DNA of 64,000 nucleotides from a bacterium. Lineage in GTDB: Bacteria > Electryoneota > Electryoneia > Electryoneales > Electryoneaceae. This document shows positions 50,943 to 60,092 of this stretch, in pieces; position 1 is the first letter of the stretch; every line of letters starts with the position of its first letter. The notes beneath the pieces are model-generated. The model searched no databases, was not told the DNA's origin, and saw nothing but the letters and a program-made list of their open reading frames with translations. A program made the translations under genes and the position numbers. The stretch spans positions 2,944,001 through 3,008,000 of the forward strand of contig OY769902.1 in the NCBI GenBank assembly GCA_963669175.1, in the 5' to 3' direction.

Positions 50943-50992
50943 GCAGGCCGTCTTTACCTGTGATTGTATAAGAAGGAACTGCTGATATAGCG

Positions 50993-51520
50993 ATTCCCAT
51001 TATGAATCCGTCATATGGTCATGTGCCAGCTCAGCGAAAGGTCAACTATATAGTTGAAATAAAGGATATGGAAAAAGGGGACTGCCTCCTTTCCCTAGGG
51101 TAAAGCCTTCCCGGCGTGAGCATGGACCGGGAAAGGTGGCTGTACCCTTTTTCTTGAGAGCAGGCAGGAAGTACACGGAAAAGGGGACGGGTGGATGCAA
51201 CCATGCCCTGGTCAACTATCTTACCTGCCGACGTTTGAATACAATACGCAATCTTCTTCTTGTGTACGTCCAGACCGATGTAGTATACTGCCTGCATGCC
51301 AACCTCCTCGTGTAAGTACTACGGGTAACCTCGTGTTACGCCTTTAACACAAGTTAGCCCGACATGTGTGCTGCGTCGAGGTTGGCTGCTTCTACTTATG
51401 CATTATAACAGTTTCCTTTTCCAGAAATACTTCAGGAATATTCTGCATAAGCGCGAGGAAAAGGATCCCGTCCCCTTTTCCCGGCAATCTCCATTATGAC
51501 GGAACAAAATCGAGAACTGC
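50993..51520 (-). repeat. Family B element copy B3 (inverted), interrupted by an IS110 remnant
   Basis: Reverse complement of B1; colinear once 51189..51409 is removed. Confidence 0.88.
51189..51409 (-). pseudogene. IS110-family left end plus truncated transposase (about 36 codons)
   Basis: ATG 51297 after GAGGAGG gives MQAVYYIGLDVHKKKIAYCI..., the IS110 N-terminal GxD motif. The left end begins TATAAT and the AC/GT dinucleotide occurs at both junctions. Confidence 0.8.
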
Positions 51521-51648
51521 TGATATATCAAGAATCATGTATTCGGAAACGTATGAATGATTTCTTGTATTTAAACACACAGGTCAAATAACTAATGAAT
51601 GTTCTCGCAATACTATCTCTTTAGGACCACACCAACCAGGGAGGCAGC

Positions 51649-52578
51649 ATGCAGCAGGTGTCACGCAGGCATTTTCTTTCCATCGGCGCCGGGGTGGTTG
51701 GCGCACTTTCCACGCCGTGGCCGATACGCGCTATTGCCGGTAGCAAACCGGATTTTACTGCCGCGTTTCTGACAGACATGCATGTCAATGCTCACCGTGG
51801 CGCCGCACAGGGTTTCAAAGCTTCGCTTGACAGCGCATTGGCGCTCCCGCAGAAGCCGTCCTTCCTGATTACCGGCGGCGACCTGGCCTATGATTGCCTG
51901 GAACAGACCAAAGCAGAAGCCGATGAGCAGTATGATCTGTTCTTCAAGGCGTTGGAAGGTGTGGATGTGCCGGTACATCATACACTGGGCAACCATGAAT
52001 GTCTCGGTGTCTATGAAGAAAGCGGGATGAGTCCGGACGATCCCTATTTCGGGAAACAGTATTTTCTGCAACGCTTCAACCGGGAGAAGACCTATACATC
52101 CTTCGACCACGAGAACTGGCATTTTGTACTCCTGGACAGTGTTGGTCTCGCGGATCGAAACTACCACGGTTTCGTTGACGCCGGGCAGCTTGCCTGGCTG
52201 GAAGATGACCTTGCTGCGGCGAACCGTCCGACAGTCGTTTGCATGCACATCCCGTTGCTTTCCAATATGCCGGAATGGCAAAACGGCTCCCTGAAGGAAG
52301 AGCACCCGAAAACCTGCGTGAACAACTGCAATGAGGTGCTTGCTGTGCTTGAGAAGCATCCGGTCAAGCTGGTTCTTGGCGGACACCTGCATATCAACGA
52401 ATCCTACAGATTCCGGGACATGGAACTGGCCAATATCGGCGCGGTATCAGGCGCATGGTGGCGTGGTCCGCGTAACGGTTTCGAGGAAGGCTACGCACAA
52501 CTGGAATTCCGTGGTGATGAGGTGATGTGGCGTTATATCGATTACGGTTGGACGCCGGTGCCGGAAGAAGAGGAGTAG
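51649..52578 (+). CDS. Tat-exported calcineurin-like metallophosphoesterase
   Basis: SRRHFL twin-arginine signal; DMH, GGDL, GNHE, H and GHLH motifs. Confidence 0.92.
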   Translation: MQQVSRRHFLSIGAGVVGALSTPWPIRAIAGSKPDFTAAFLTDMHVNAHRGAAQGFKASLDSALALPQKPSFLITGGDLAYDCLEQTKAEADEQYDLFFKALEGVDVPVHHTLGNHECLGVYEESGMSPDDPYFGKQYFLQRFNREKTYTSFDHENWHFVLLDSVGLADRNYHGFVDAGQLAWLEDDLAAANRPTVVCMHIPLLSNMPEWQNGSLKEEHPKTCVNNCNEVLAVLEKHPVKLVLGGHLHINESYRFRDMELANIGAVSGAWWRGPRNGFEEGYAQLEFRGDEVMWRYIDYGWTPVPEEEE

Positions 52579-52690
52579 CGGAATAAAAAGAGGTTGGGTG
52601 GCCTGTACGTTTCCAGCAGTTCTGTAAAGGAATGCATGGCCCGAATTGCAGGATGTGCATTATGATTTCCACTAAATGCTGACAACATTT

Positions 52691-52812
52691 GTGAGTCGTC
52701 GTCCTGTGATGTGGATGATGAGCAAGTCGGGATTGGTTAGAGCCTGGGTGACTTTATACTTTTCCATGATACAAGGCTTCATCACGTGTGAATCGGGTTA
52801 CCCAAGCCTATA
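52691..52812. repeat. Degenerate fragment related to the 3' part of repeat A
   Basis: TTCATCACGTGTGAATCGGGTTACCCAAGC resembles 506..536; AGTCGGGATTGG is the reverse complement of 430..441. Confidence 0.5.
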
Positions 52813-52934
52813 AACTCTCACGAGTTATTCATATCCAAAATCCTCCAATTGTGTATTCCCGAATCTGTTCATGAGGAAGTTTTTCCACTTGCGGATCGAC
52901 CCACCCGACTTTATTGTGACAATGACATGCTGGC

Positions 52935-55031
52935 ATGACAGCTCTCGCAAAGAAGGTGCAAAAGATGACTATCCCATCCATAGAAGAGATTCGCAAGAAC
53001 GGCAACGCCCTGATAAGGGAATCCTCCACCTACCTGCAACAGCACGCTCACAACCCGGTGTACTGGTATCCGTGGGGAGATGAGGCGCTGAATCGTGCGG
53101 TTGAAGAGGATAAGCCGATATTCCTGTCCATCGGATATTCTTCCTGTCACTGGTGTCATGTGATGGAGGAGAAGGTTTTTGAGCGTGATGAGATCGCGAA
53201 GTACATGAATGAGAACTATATCTGTATCAAGGTGGACCGTGAGGAACGTCCCGACCTGGATTCGGTCTACATGGCGGCAGTGCAGGCGATGACCAAGAAT
53301 GGCGGCTGGCCGTTATCTGCATTCTTGCTTCCCAACCTGAAACCTTTCTATGGTGGCACCTATTTCCCGCCAGACCAGTTTGTCAAGGTGATCGAACGGG
53401 CGTTCAACTTGTTCAAAGCGCAACGCGACAAGTTGACCGAACAGGGCGAAGCGGTTCAACGCTATATCGATGCCGTCTCCAATCTTGGCGATGGAAATGA
53501 GATTCTATCCGATGATCAGGTTCAGGCAATCGTGGACAAACTGCTTCAGCATGTCGATTATGAATGGGGTGGTTTTCGCAGTCAGATGAAATTCCCGACC
53601 CCGTTACGCTGGGCTTTCCTGTTGCATCGCTACCGCAAGCATGGCGGTGAATTGCTGGAGAAGGCGCTTCGAATCACGCTGGACCGTATCAACGAAGGTG
53701 GTATACACGACCAGTTGGGCGGCGGATTTCACAGGTACAGCGTAGACAGCGAATGGACCGTGCCGCACTTTGAGCAGATGCTTTACGACAACGCCCAGCT
53801 TGCCAGTCTGTACCTGGAAGCGGCTGCGGTTTTCAAATCAACGGAATACCGCAATGTGGCGAGAAGTACACTTGATTTCATGATCAGCGATTTTCTAAGC
53901 GAAGAGGGTGGTTTTTATGCGTCCTGGGATGCAGACAGCGAGGGCGGCGAAGGGCTGTACTACATCTGGACCCCGGACCTGATCAAAGAAGTGTGCGGTG
54001 AGGAGGAAGGGGAAGCGGTGTGTCGCCTGCTTGGTGTAACCGAGAACGGCAACTTTGGCGGCGTGAATGTGCTCACACGCAGGATCACGGAAAAGAAGCT
54101 GGCTGAGCTGGAAATGACCCGTGAAGAGGCGTTGGCGTTGCTGGACAAATGGCGCGGACCGTTGCGGGAAAGCCGTGGCAAACGCATCATGCCGAACCTG
54201 GACCAGAAAATTGTGACCTCCTGGAACGGCTTGGCGATCAGCGCTTTCAGCAAGGGGTATGAACTGCTTGGTGACTTGCAGTATATGCTCACGGCACGTC
54301 AAACGGCGGATTTCCTGTGGAAGAATCATTGGAATACGGAAACCGGGTTGCTGCGGGCCAGTACGGAAGATATGCCTTCCGTGACAGGTGTTCTCGACGA
54401 CTATGCCTTTTTTACCAACGGTCTGATCGACCTGTTCACCGCCAGTGGGGAAACGAAATACCTGGAACGTGCGCTGGAGCTGGTCGAGTACATTCGAAAA
54501 CACTTCGCCAATCCTGATGGTGGAGCGTATTTCCACACGCCTGATACAATAGCCCAGCCGATGGGACGCCGCATTGAGTACATCGACAGCGTGGAACCGT
54601 CCGGCAATGCCCTGCTGATGGTAGTCTACTTGAAGCTGGCCGCGTTGCGTGGAGAAGAAGAGTACCGTGATGAAGTACGTAGAGTGATCGCGGGCTTCAC
54701 CAACGTACTGGAGCGATCCGGACAGGAACTGGCGACCTGGCTGGACGCTATCGGCCTGTATCACGGTCCATTCCACGAGGTCGTCATTGTAGGCAAACCG
54801 GATGCGCCGGAAACGTCCGAACTGCTGAAAGCCTATCGTGAAGCAGCGCCATACAACGCTGTCCTGAGCTTTGTCCCGGGAGATGAAGCGACTGAGAAGC
54901 TTGTTGACCTGCTACCGCCTGTCAACGGCAAGACAACCATTGACGGCAAGCCAGCAACTTATGTCTGCCGGTTCGGAGCTTGTGATGAGCCGGTGTTTTC
55001 TGGGGAAGCGTTGAACAAGAAATTTGGCTGA
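52935..55031 (+). CDS. YyaL/SSP411 family thioredoxin-domain protein (DUF255)
   Basis: [63 protein letters not shown] and LDDYA motifs. Confidence 0.95.
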   Translation: MTALAKKVQKMTIPSIEEIRKNGNALIRESSTYLQQHAHNPVYWYPWGDEALNRAVEEDKPIFLSIGYSSCHWCHVMEEKVFERDEIAKYMNENYICIKVDREERPDLDSVYMAAVQAMTKNGGWPLSAFLLPNLKPFYGGTYFPPDQFVKVIERAFNLFKAQRDKLTEQGEAVQRYIDAVSNLGDGNEILSDDQVQAIVDKLLQHVDYEWGGFRSQMKFPTPLRWAFLLHRYRKHGGELLEKALRITLDRINEGGIHDQLGGGFHRYSVDSEWTVPHFEQMLYDNAQLASLYLEAAAVFKSTEYRNVARSTLDFMISDFLSEEGGFYASWDADSEGGEGLYYIWTPDLIKEVCGEEEGEAVCRLLGVTENGNFGGVNVLTRRITEKKLAELEMTREEALALLDKWRGPLRESRGKRIMPNLDQKIVTSWNGLAISAFSKGYELLGDLQYMLTARQTADFLWKNHWNTETGLLRASTEDMPSVTGVLDDYAFFTNGLIDLFTASGETKYLERALELVEYIRKHFANPDGGAYFHTPDTIAQPMGRRIEYIDSVEPSGNALLMVVYLKLAALRGEEEYRDEVRRVIAGFTNVLERSGQELATWLDAIGLYHGPFHEVVIVGKPDAPETSELLKAYREAAPYNAVLSFVPGDEATEKLVDLLPPVNGKTTIDGKPATYVCRFGACDEPVFSGEALNKKFG

Positions 55032-55226
55032 AAGCATGTGAAGAGCCCTTTCTTCATTGTTCAGTTACTATTTCGCTTCTGTGGAAGTTTTAAGAATGCC
55101 TCTGTCACTCTTGACATTATGAAAATGTATTGTCATTTTAAAACTGTTGCATAATTCATACAATTCTTTTACGTGTCCCCATGCACTTTAAAAGAAGTAT
55201 TAAGAGAACTCTGCACAGGCGTAAAG

Positions 55227-57464
55227 ATGAAGACATATGCCTTCAATTCAGGCCATACAATCTGGGAACGATCCTTTTGCCTCTTCGTATGCCTTTTCGC
55301 TTACCTGCACTCTGCACTACCTGCTGATGCACAAAACCACTGGTTACCTGAACATCCCTTCCCTGCTGCGAACGATTTTACCGGATCTTGGGTTTTCGAG
55401 AACAATGATGTCTTGTTGACCGGAGGCGCCGGGATTATCTGTTACTATACAGCATCAACTGATTCATGGGAATACCACTGGTTGAGTGACAATGAAGCTG
55501 TGGATCACCTGAAAAAGATCCAGATGCTTGATGATCAGACTGGTTATGCCATTGGATTCAGAGATTGGGATTTTGCCATTTTGTACCGAACCGATGACCG
55601 GGGCATAACTTGGACGAATGTCACGAATTGTCCACTAGATAACGTTTTAGATCTGTTTTTTACATCAGTGGATAGTGGTTTTACAACAGGCGCATATACC
55701 GTATTTCGAACCTTGGATGGTAGTGAGACCTGGACGACAGTTTTTACAGATTCTACTGTAGGCATCATTGATATATATTTTATGGATGATGAGTATGGTT
55801 GGTTGGCCAGTCTTATGCAACACACGATTTACCAAACGATTAACTATGGTGAATCGTGGACTATGCTGGAAAGGCCGATTCAGCAACTACAGCCGGAGCA
55901 TGTGCGTTTTTTCACTCGTGACAGGGGAATAATTCAAGGTCTATTTGCCAACCTGCAGACAAATGATGGTGGAGAGACATGGGACTACCTTGAATTCGAT
56001 GAAAATTATTTCATGTTAGACGAACTGGTGGTAGCCAGTGATACTTTCGTTTTTGGTGCGACTTCTTACAATTATTACCTGAGATCTTTCGATAATGGGC
56101 AAAGTTGGGAATTTATTAATGACTATTACACGAATTTTGATGATCGGCATACGCAAACGCTACATTCTAATTCAAGTGGGAAAGTAGTACTTGCCGGCGA
56201 GGGTGGCTATCGCTGTTATAGTGATGATTTCGGTACGCACTTTCAACCCGATAGCGGATTGACAAAACAGTATCTAGAAGTATTCGAAATCCAGGATACT
56301 GGTCGTCTATGGATTTCTGGTGGTTATGACGTTGTTTTGACCCGAACTTTGGATGAATCAGAGTGGGAAATATATGAAGGCCTATCGGAAAGAGAAGGGT
56401 TATGGATTTATGATATTTCATTTAGAAACGAGTATGAAGGGTGGATTTGCGCTAACACCTCTTCTCTGCTTAGGACAACAGATAGTGGCGAAAATTGGGA
56501 AAATGTAAATATCGGCTTAGAGGAGAATGATCATCCCCTGGAGGTGATTTTCAGGAATGACCAGAATTACATGGCAATCTCAACTTCAGGGTATATCGTT
56601 GAATCTACTAACGCTGGCGAATCTTGGTCAATTATCAATGAAACGGCTCCAAGTAGCGGATTTCAGAAGCCCAATGAGTACGTTGATAGCCAAAATCTTT
56701 GGATGGGACGCGATAATTTATATTTCAGCAATGATGGGGGATATTCTTGGGACCTCAAATATACATGTGAAGAAGGCTATCAAGTTTATGATATCTGCTT
56801 CCTTACTCCACAAACAGGCTATATTGTTGTAAGTCACCGGATGCATAACGGCGAGGAATGGTGTGGTTCATCCTATATTCTTAAGACAATTGATGGAGGA
56901 GATACGTGGAGATGCAACCACTATGGAGATCTTGGGAGTCCAATATATAGCATCGATTTTTATGATGAAGCTCATGGTATGGCAGTTGGCGGGGATGGAC
57001 ACAGCTATACGACAAATGATGGAGGATATTCCTGGATATATCAAAACACTGGAACCAGTAATATATTAAAGAAAGTAACCTGTCTTGATAGTGTTACCTA
57101 TTTCGCTATTGGAAATAATGGGACCATTTATAAATATGAATACGACTATGATTGTTATGTAGATACTGAAACATCTAGACAGCTACCAGATGAGTTGTCC
57201 ATTTCAGCTTATCCTAATCCCTTCAATCATAGTGTTAATATATCCTTCTACTTAAAAAATGATGCAAATTTTTATGTTAATATATATAATATAAATGGGC
57301 AGTTGATATACTCAGGTAGCTATGGACATGTGAATAAGGGGAAAAATACATATAGATGGGATGGAAGAAATAATAATGGTGATATGGTTAGTTCAGGGGT
57401 GTACATTATTTGTGCTATGACAGATGATTGCAGTATATATAGAAAAATAATGTTGATAAAATGA
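55227..57464 (+). CDS. YCF48/BNR-repeat beta-propeller protein with T9SS-type C-terminal domain
   Basis: Many T.DGG.(T/S)W repeats; YPNPFN...IYNINGQ...WDG.N..G..VSSGVY...KIMLIK tail; visibly AT-richer than its neighbours. Start uncertain (ORF from 55173). Confidence 0.9.
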   Translation: MKTYAFNSGHTIWERSFCLFVCLFAYLHSALPADAQNHWLPEHPFPAANDFTGSWVFENNDVLLTGGAGIICYYTASTDSWEYHWLSDNEAVDHLKKIQMLDDQTGYAIGFRDWDFAILYRTDDRGITWTNVTNCPLDNVLDLFFTSVDSGFTTGAYTVFRTLDGSETWTTVFTDSTVGIIDIYFMDDEYGWLASLMQHTIYQTINYGESWTMLERPIQQLQPEHVRFFTRDRGIIQGLFANLQTNDGGETWDYLEFDENYFMLDELVVASDTFVFGATSYNYYLRSFDNGQSWEFINDYYTNFDDRHTQTLHSNSSGKVVLAGEGGYRCYSDDFGTHFQPDSGLTKQYLEVFEIQDTGRLWISGGYDVVLTRTLDESEWEIYEGLSEREGLWIYDISFRNEYEGWICANTSSLLRTTDSGENWENVNIGLEENDHPLEVIFRNDQNYMAISTSGYIVESTNAGESWSIINETAPSSGFQKPNEYVDSQNLWMGRDNLYFSNDGGYSWDLKYTCEEGYQVYDICFLTPQTGYIVVSHRMHNGEEWCGSSYILKTIDGGDTWRCNHYGDLGSPIYSIDFYDEAHGMAVGGDGHSYTTNDGGYSWIYQNTGTSNILKKVTCLDSVTYFAIGNNGTIYKYEYDYDCYVDTETSRQLPDELSISAYPNPFNHSVNISFYLKNDANFYVNIYNINGQLIYSGSYGHVNKGKNTYRWDGRNNNGDMVSSGVYIICAMTDDCSIYRKIMLIK

Positions 57465-57481
57465 TTGTAGGAATAGTAAAA

Positions 57482-57736
57482 GAGGTCGTTATCGTTGGCA
57501 AACCGGATGCGCAGGAAACGTCCGAACTGCTGAAAGCCTATCGTGAAGCAGCGCCATACAACGCTGTCCTGAGCTTTGTCCCGGGAGATGAAGCGACTGA
57601 GAAGCTTACTGACCTGCTGCCGCCTGTCAAAGGCAAGACAACCATTGACGGCAAGCCAGCAGCTTATGTCTGCCGGTTCGGAGCTTGTGGTGCGCCGGTG
57701 ATGAATGGGGAAGAGTTGAGAAGTAAGTTGGGGTGA
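57482..57736 (+). pseudogene. Duplicated 3' end (84 codons plus stop) of the YyaL gene
   Basis: Direct repeat of 54777..55031, in frame, ending in TGA; the central about 95 bp is identical. Confidence 0.93.
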
Positions 57737-57743
57737 AAGAAAG

Positions 57744-57772
57744 CCGGGACTAACCCAATGGGATAGTCCCGG
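57744..57772. terminator. Hairpin between convergent genes
   Basis: CCGGGACTA..CCCA-A-TGGG..TAGTCCCGG. Confidence 0.7.
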
Positions 57773-57783
57773 TAATATTGTAT

Positions 57784-58923
57784 CTAATAATGGATCTGCA
57801 TGGTCAGCTTCACCCAGTAGTCATCTTCAACATCGCTGCCATCATCGTTGGTATAATCATAATCAATTTTGTCATAATCCAGGATCAGCACGTTCTGCTG
57901 GCCGAAATCGTAGCCGATGCCTGCCCCGATGCGGTTATAGCGTCCATTGTTGGACTCGGGATCAACATCGAAATAATCATAACTGCCAATCACGCGCCAA
58001 TGCTTGGTGGGTTTCCCTTCTACAAAAGCGGAATACCCTTCGAAAGGTAGAGACGTTTCAGGACGCCAAGCCTTTATCCAACTTCCTTTCTGGTTGCCCA
58101 AACCGTTCACATATTGAGCCGTGATGGTGCCGTACTGGTGCTGGTAGGACAGGAACCCGGAGTTGACCTGCCAGATGGGGAGGTCGTCCGTATCACCCGC
58201 AACATTGCCACGACCGTACATGATCAGGTAGCTCACCTGGAAACCGGGAATGATGCCCGGAAGCGGACGTAGTGTAATACGAGCTTCATCCACCTTGTTG
58301 GTGTTGAGTTCCTTCGCATGATAGCCGCCGCCGTTATAAAAACCTACGGCAAAGCTGCCATAACGTCCGGCGTATTTGTCAGCAACCTTCTCCTTGTATT
58401 CCTTGTCCAGTTGCGGGCCGAAATCACCGGAAAGGGTCATGCCGAAGTCAGCGGAATTGAAAATGCCGGATCGTTCCACGAACATGGGGTTGACCATACG
58501 ATACCGGTTGATATGCTCCTCGAAATCGAGCCAGACCGCGTGGACGATACCAAATTCGAGATGAGTTTTGTAAAACGGGCCTAATGTGCCAAACTTGAAA
58601 TCGGCGAAGGCATATTTCAACCTGACTTCCATGTCGCCTTCGCCGTCGCCTTCGCCATCCTGGTTGGTGTCAAAGGTGATGCGTGCGCTCAGGTAGGGAA
58701 ACAGTTCCTTCTTCACCGTGAAGTAAGCACGGTTGATAAAGAAGTTGGAGATCTCTTCGCCACCTTCCTCGCCTGAGGTGTAGGAGAGATAATACAGACC
58801 GTTCATGGTAATTCCCTGCAAGCCTTTGGGCAACAGGGGAGAGATGTCAATTCCTTCATCGGCGATGCTCACACTTGCGCATACAAGCAGGATCGACAGG
58901 CAAACAACAAACATTCGTGGCAT
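57784..58923 (-). CDS. Outer-membrane porin-like beta-barrel protein
   Basis: Signal peptide, F.I.RAY.T and RLKYAF strands, amphipathic beta pattern, terminal aromatic residue (QIHY). Confidence 0.75.
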   Translation of the reverse strand: MPRMFVVCLSILLVCASVSIADEGIDISPLLPKGLQGITMNGLYYLSYTSGEEGGEEISNFFINRAYFTVKKELFPYLSARITFDTNQDGEGDGEGDMEVRLKYAFADFKFGTLGPFYKTHLEFGIVHAVWLDFEEHINRYRMVNPMFVERSGIFNSADFGMTLSGDFGPQLDKEYKEKVADKYAGRYGSFAVGFYNGGGYHAKELNTNKVDEARITLRPLPGIIPGFQVSYLIMYGRGNVAGDTDDLPIWQVNSGFLSYQHQYGTITAQYVNGLGNQKGSWIKAWRPETSLPFEGYSAFVEGKPTKHWRVIGSYDYFDVDPESNNGRYNRIGAGIGYDFGQQNVLILDYDKIDYDYTNDDGSDVEDDYWVKLTMQIHY

Positions 58924-59017
58924 GAATGGCTCCGTGTTGTTAGGAGTCTGTTAGAAAGGCGTGAGGATTTTAATGTTTTCAAGGTAGGCATGCAAGCTGA
59001 TTCGAGGCAGCGAGGTA

Positions 59018-59051
59018 AGAAAAAGGGTTGCCATCGAAAAATGGCAACCCT
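59018..59051 (-). terminator. Rho-independent terminator of the TonB receptor operon
   Basis: AGGGTTGCCAT-6 nt-ATGGCAACCCT followed by T's on the minus strand. Confidence 0.85.
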
Positions 59052-59082
59052 GAGAATAGCTGAATCTGCAACGGACAATTGC

Positions 59083-60090
59083 TTATCCGTTAACCTTCTT
59101 CATTTTAAAATACACTTCATGCTCAACTGTTGCTCCGAAGCAGCCCAGGCCGCCGTTCACATTGAACTCGGGACGGGTAACCGACTGCGGTCCCATATTG
59201 AGTGAGCTGAACATGTAGCGGTAGAAGCTGTATGATGCTGCGATCACTTTTACACGTTGCGGGCCAACATAGTCCGTGAAAGCCCAGAAGAACGGTTGTG
59301 AGTTCTGGTAATCCGGCGCCGGCATCCAGCCTGCACGCCACATTTCTTCAGCTTCCAACTCGTCCTCACTGGGATCCCAGTCCGGATCGAGCGGTTCCAG
59401 GTCAGCCGTATCGACCAGTGTTTCCGCGAACAACAGGTAGCCGCCTTCCGGGGTGTCGTCGTAGTTCACATTTACAAACGCATCCGACCAGAAGAAGTTG
59501 AACATGGGCGCACTGCGTGTGAAAGTGGGCCAGGGAGCGTCCGGCATGTTCCAGGGATCTGCCGGGATCGAATCCATCAACGCATCCAGCTCATTATTGT
59601 CACAACGGACTGTAAAAGAGTCCGGGATCGCAGTCACAGCCCAGAGATCTACTTCACCGTCCTTGAACGCTTCAATCCGGTAGGTCCAAAGATGACGGCA
59701 GATCTCTGTGCTTGTTGTGAAATACTTGCCTGCTGTATCCGCATATTCGGTGTAATAGACAGACAGGCCACTTGAATCGACCGCGGAACCGTTCTCGTCC
59801 AGGATCGGGAAGATTACGATTTCTGCGTTATGAACCGCGTAGTCTGCCGGATCATAGTAAGAATCCAGGTCACGCGCCGTCATTTCCAGGAAGATGGTGC
59901 TTCCATCCTGAAAAGCTTTTCCACCTTCCACATAAGCGCTGAGGAACGGCTCTGCATTGTAATCGCTGTATTCTGTCGGGTTGTTGTCGGTCAGTTCACA
60001 CCCGGTAAACAGCATGAGTGCCATCAATGTGAAAAGCAGACCGGCAAACATCATTTTATGACCATGTATCGAAGTAGTTGTCGTTTTCAT
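59083..60090 (-). CDS. DUF4249-like lipoprotein
   Basis: Lipobox LFTGC and C-terminal NVNGGLGCFGA; lies immediately downstream of the TonB receptor. Confidence 0.75.
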   Translation of the reverse strand: MKTTTTSIHGHKMMFAGLLFTLMALMLFTGCELTDNNPTEYSDYNAEPFLSAYVEGGKAFQDGSTIFLEMTARDLDSYYDPADYAVHNAEIVIFPILDENGSAVDSSGLSVYYTEYADTAGKYFTTSTEICRHLWTYRIEAFKDGEVDLWAVTAIPDSFTVRCDNNELDALMDSIPADPWNMPDAPWPTFTRSAPMFNFFWSDAFVNVNYDDTPEGGYLLFAETLVDTADLEPLDPDWDPSEDELEAEEMWRAGWMPAPDYQNSQPFFWAFTDYVGPQRVKVIAASYSFYRYMFSSLNMGPQSVTRPEFNVNGGLGCFGATVEHEVYFKMKKVNG

Positions 60091-60092
60091 GG

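Noticed and set aside
51298-51407. Bridge RNA encoded in the IS110 left end
   Set aside because: The region is structured, but I see no guide segments matching the AAACTGT/CCCC target. It is more likely an RBS-sequestering leader, with the guide RNA in the lost right end.
55227-57464. LDE tripeptides in the BNR protein and the 649..2991 protein as processing sites
   Set aside because: They lie inside apparent folded repeats without linker context and are expected by chance.
54777-57736. Diversity-generating retroelement TR/VR pair
   Set aside because: Mismatches are not confined to adenines in either copy (C/T, T/C, T/G and C/G changes occur) and no reverse transcriptase is in the window.
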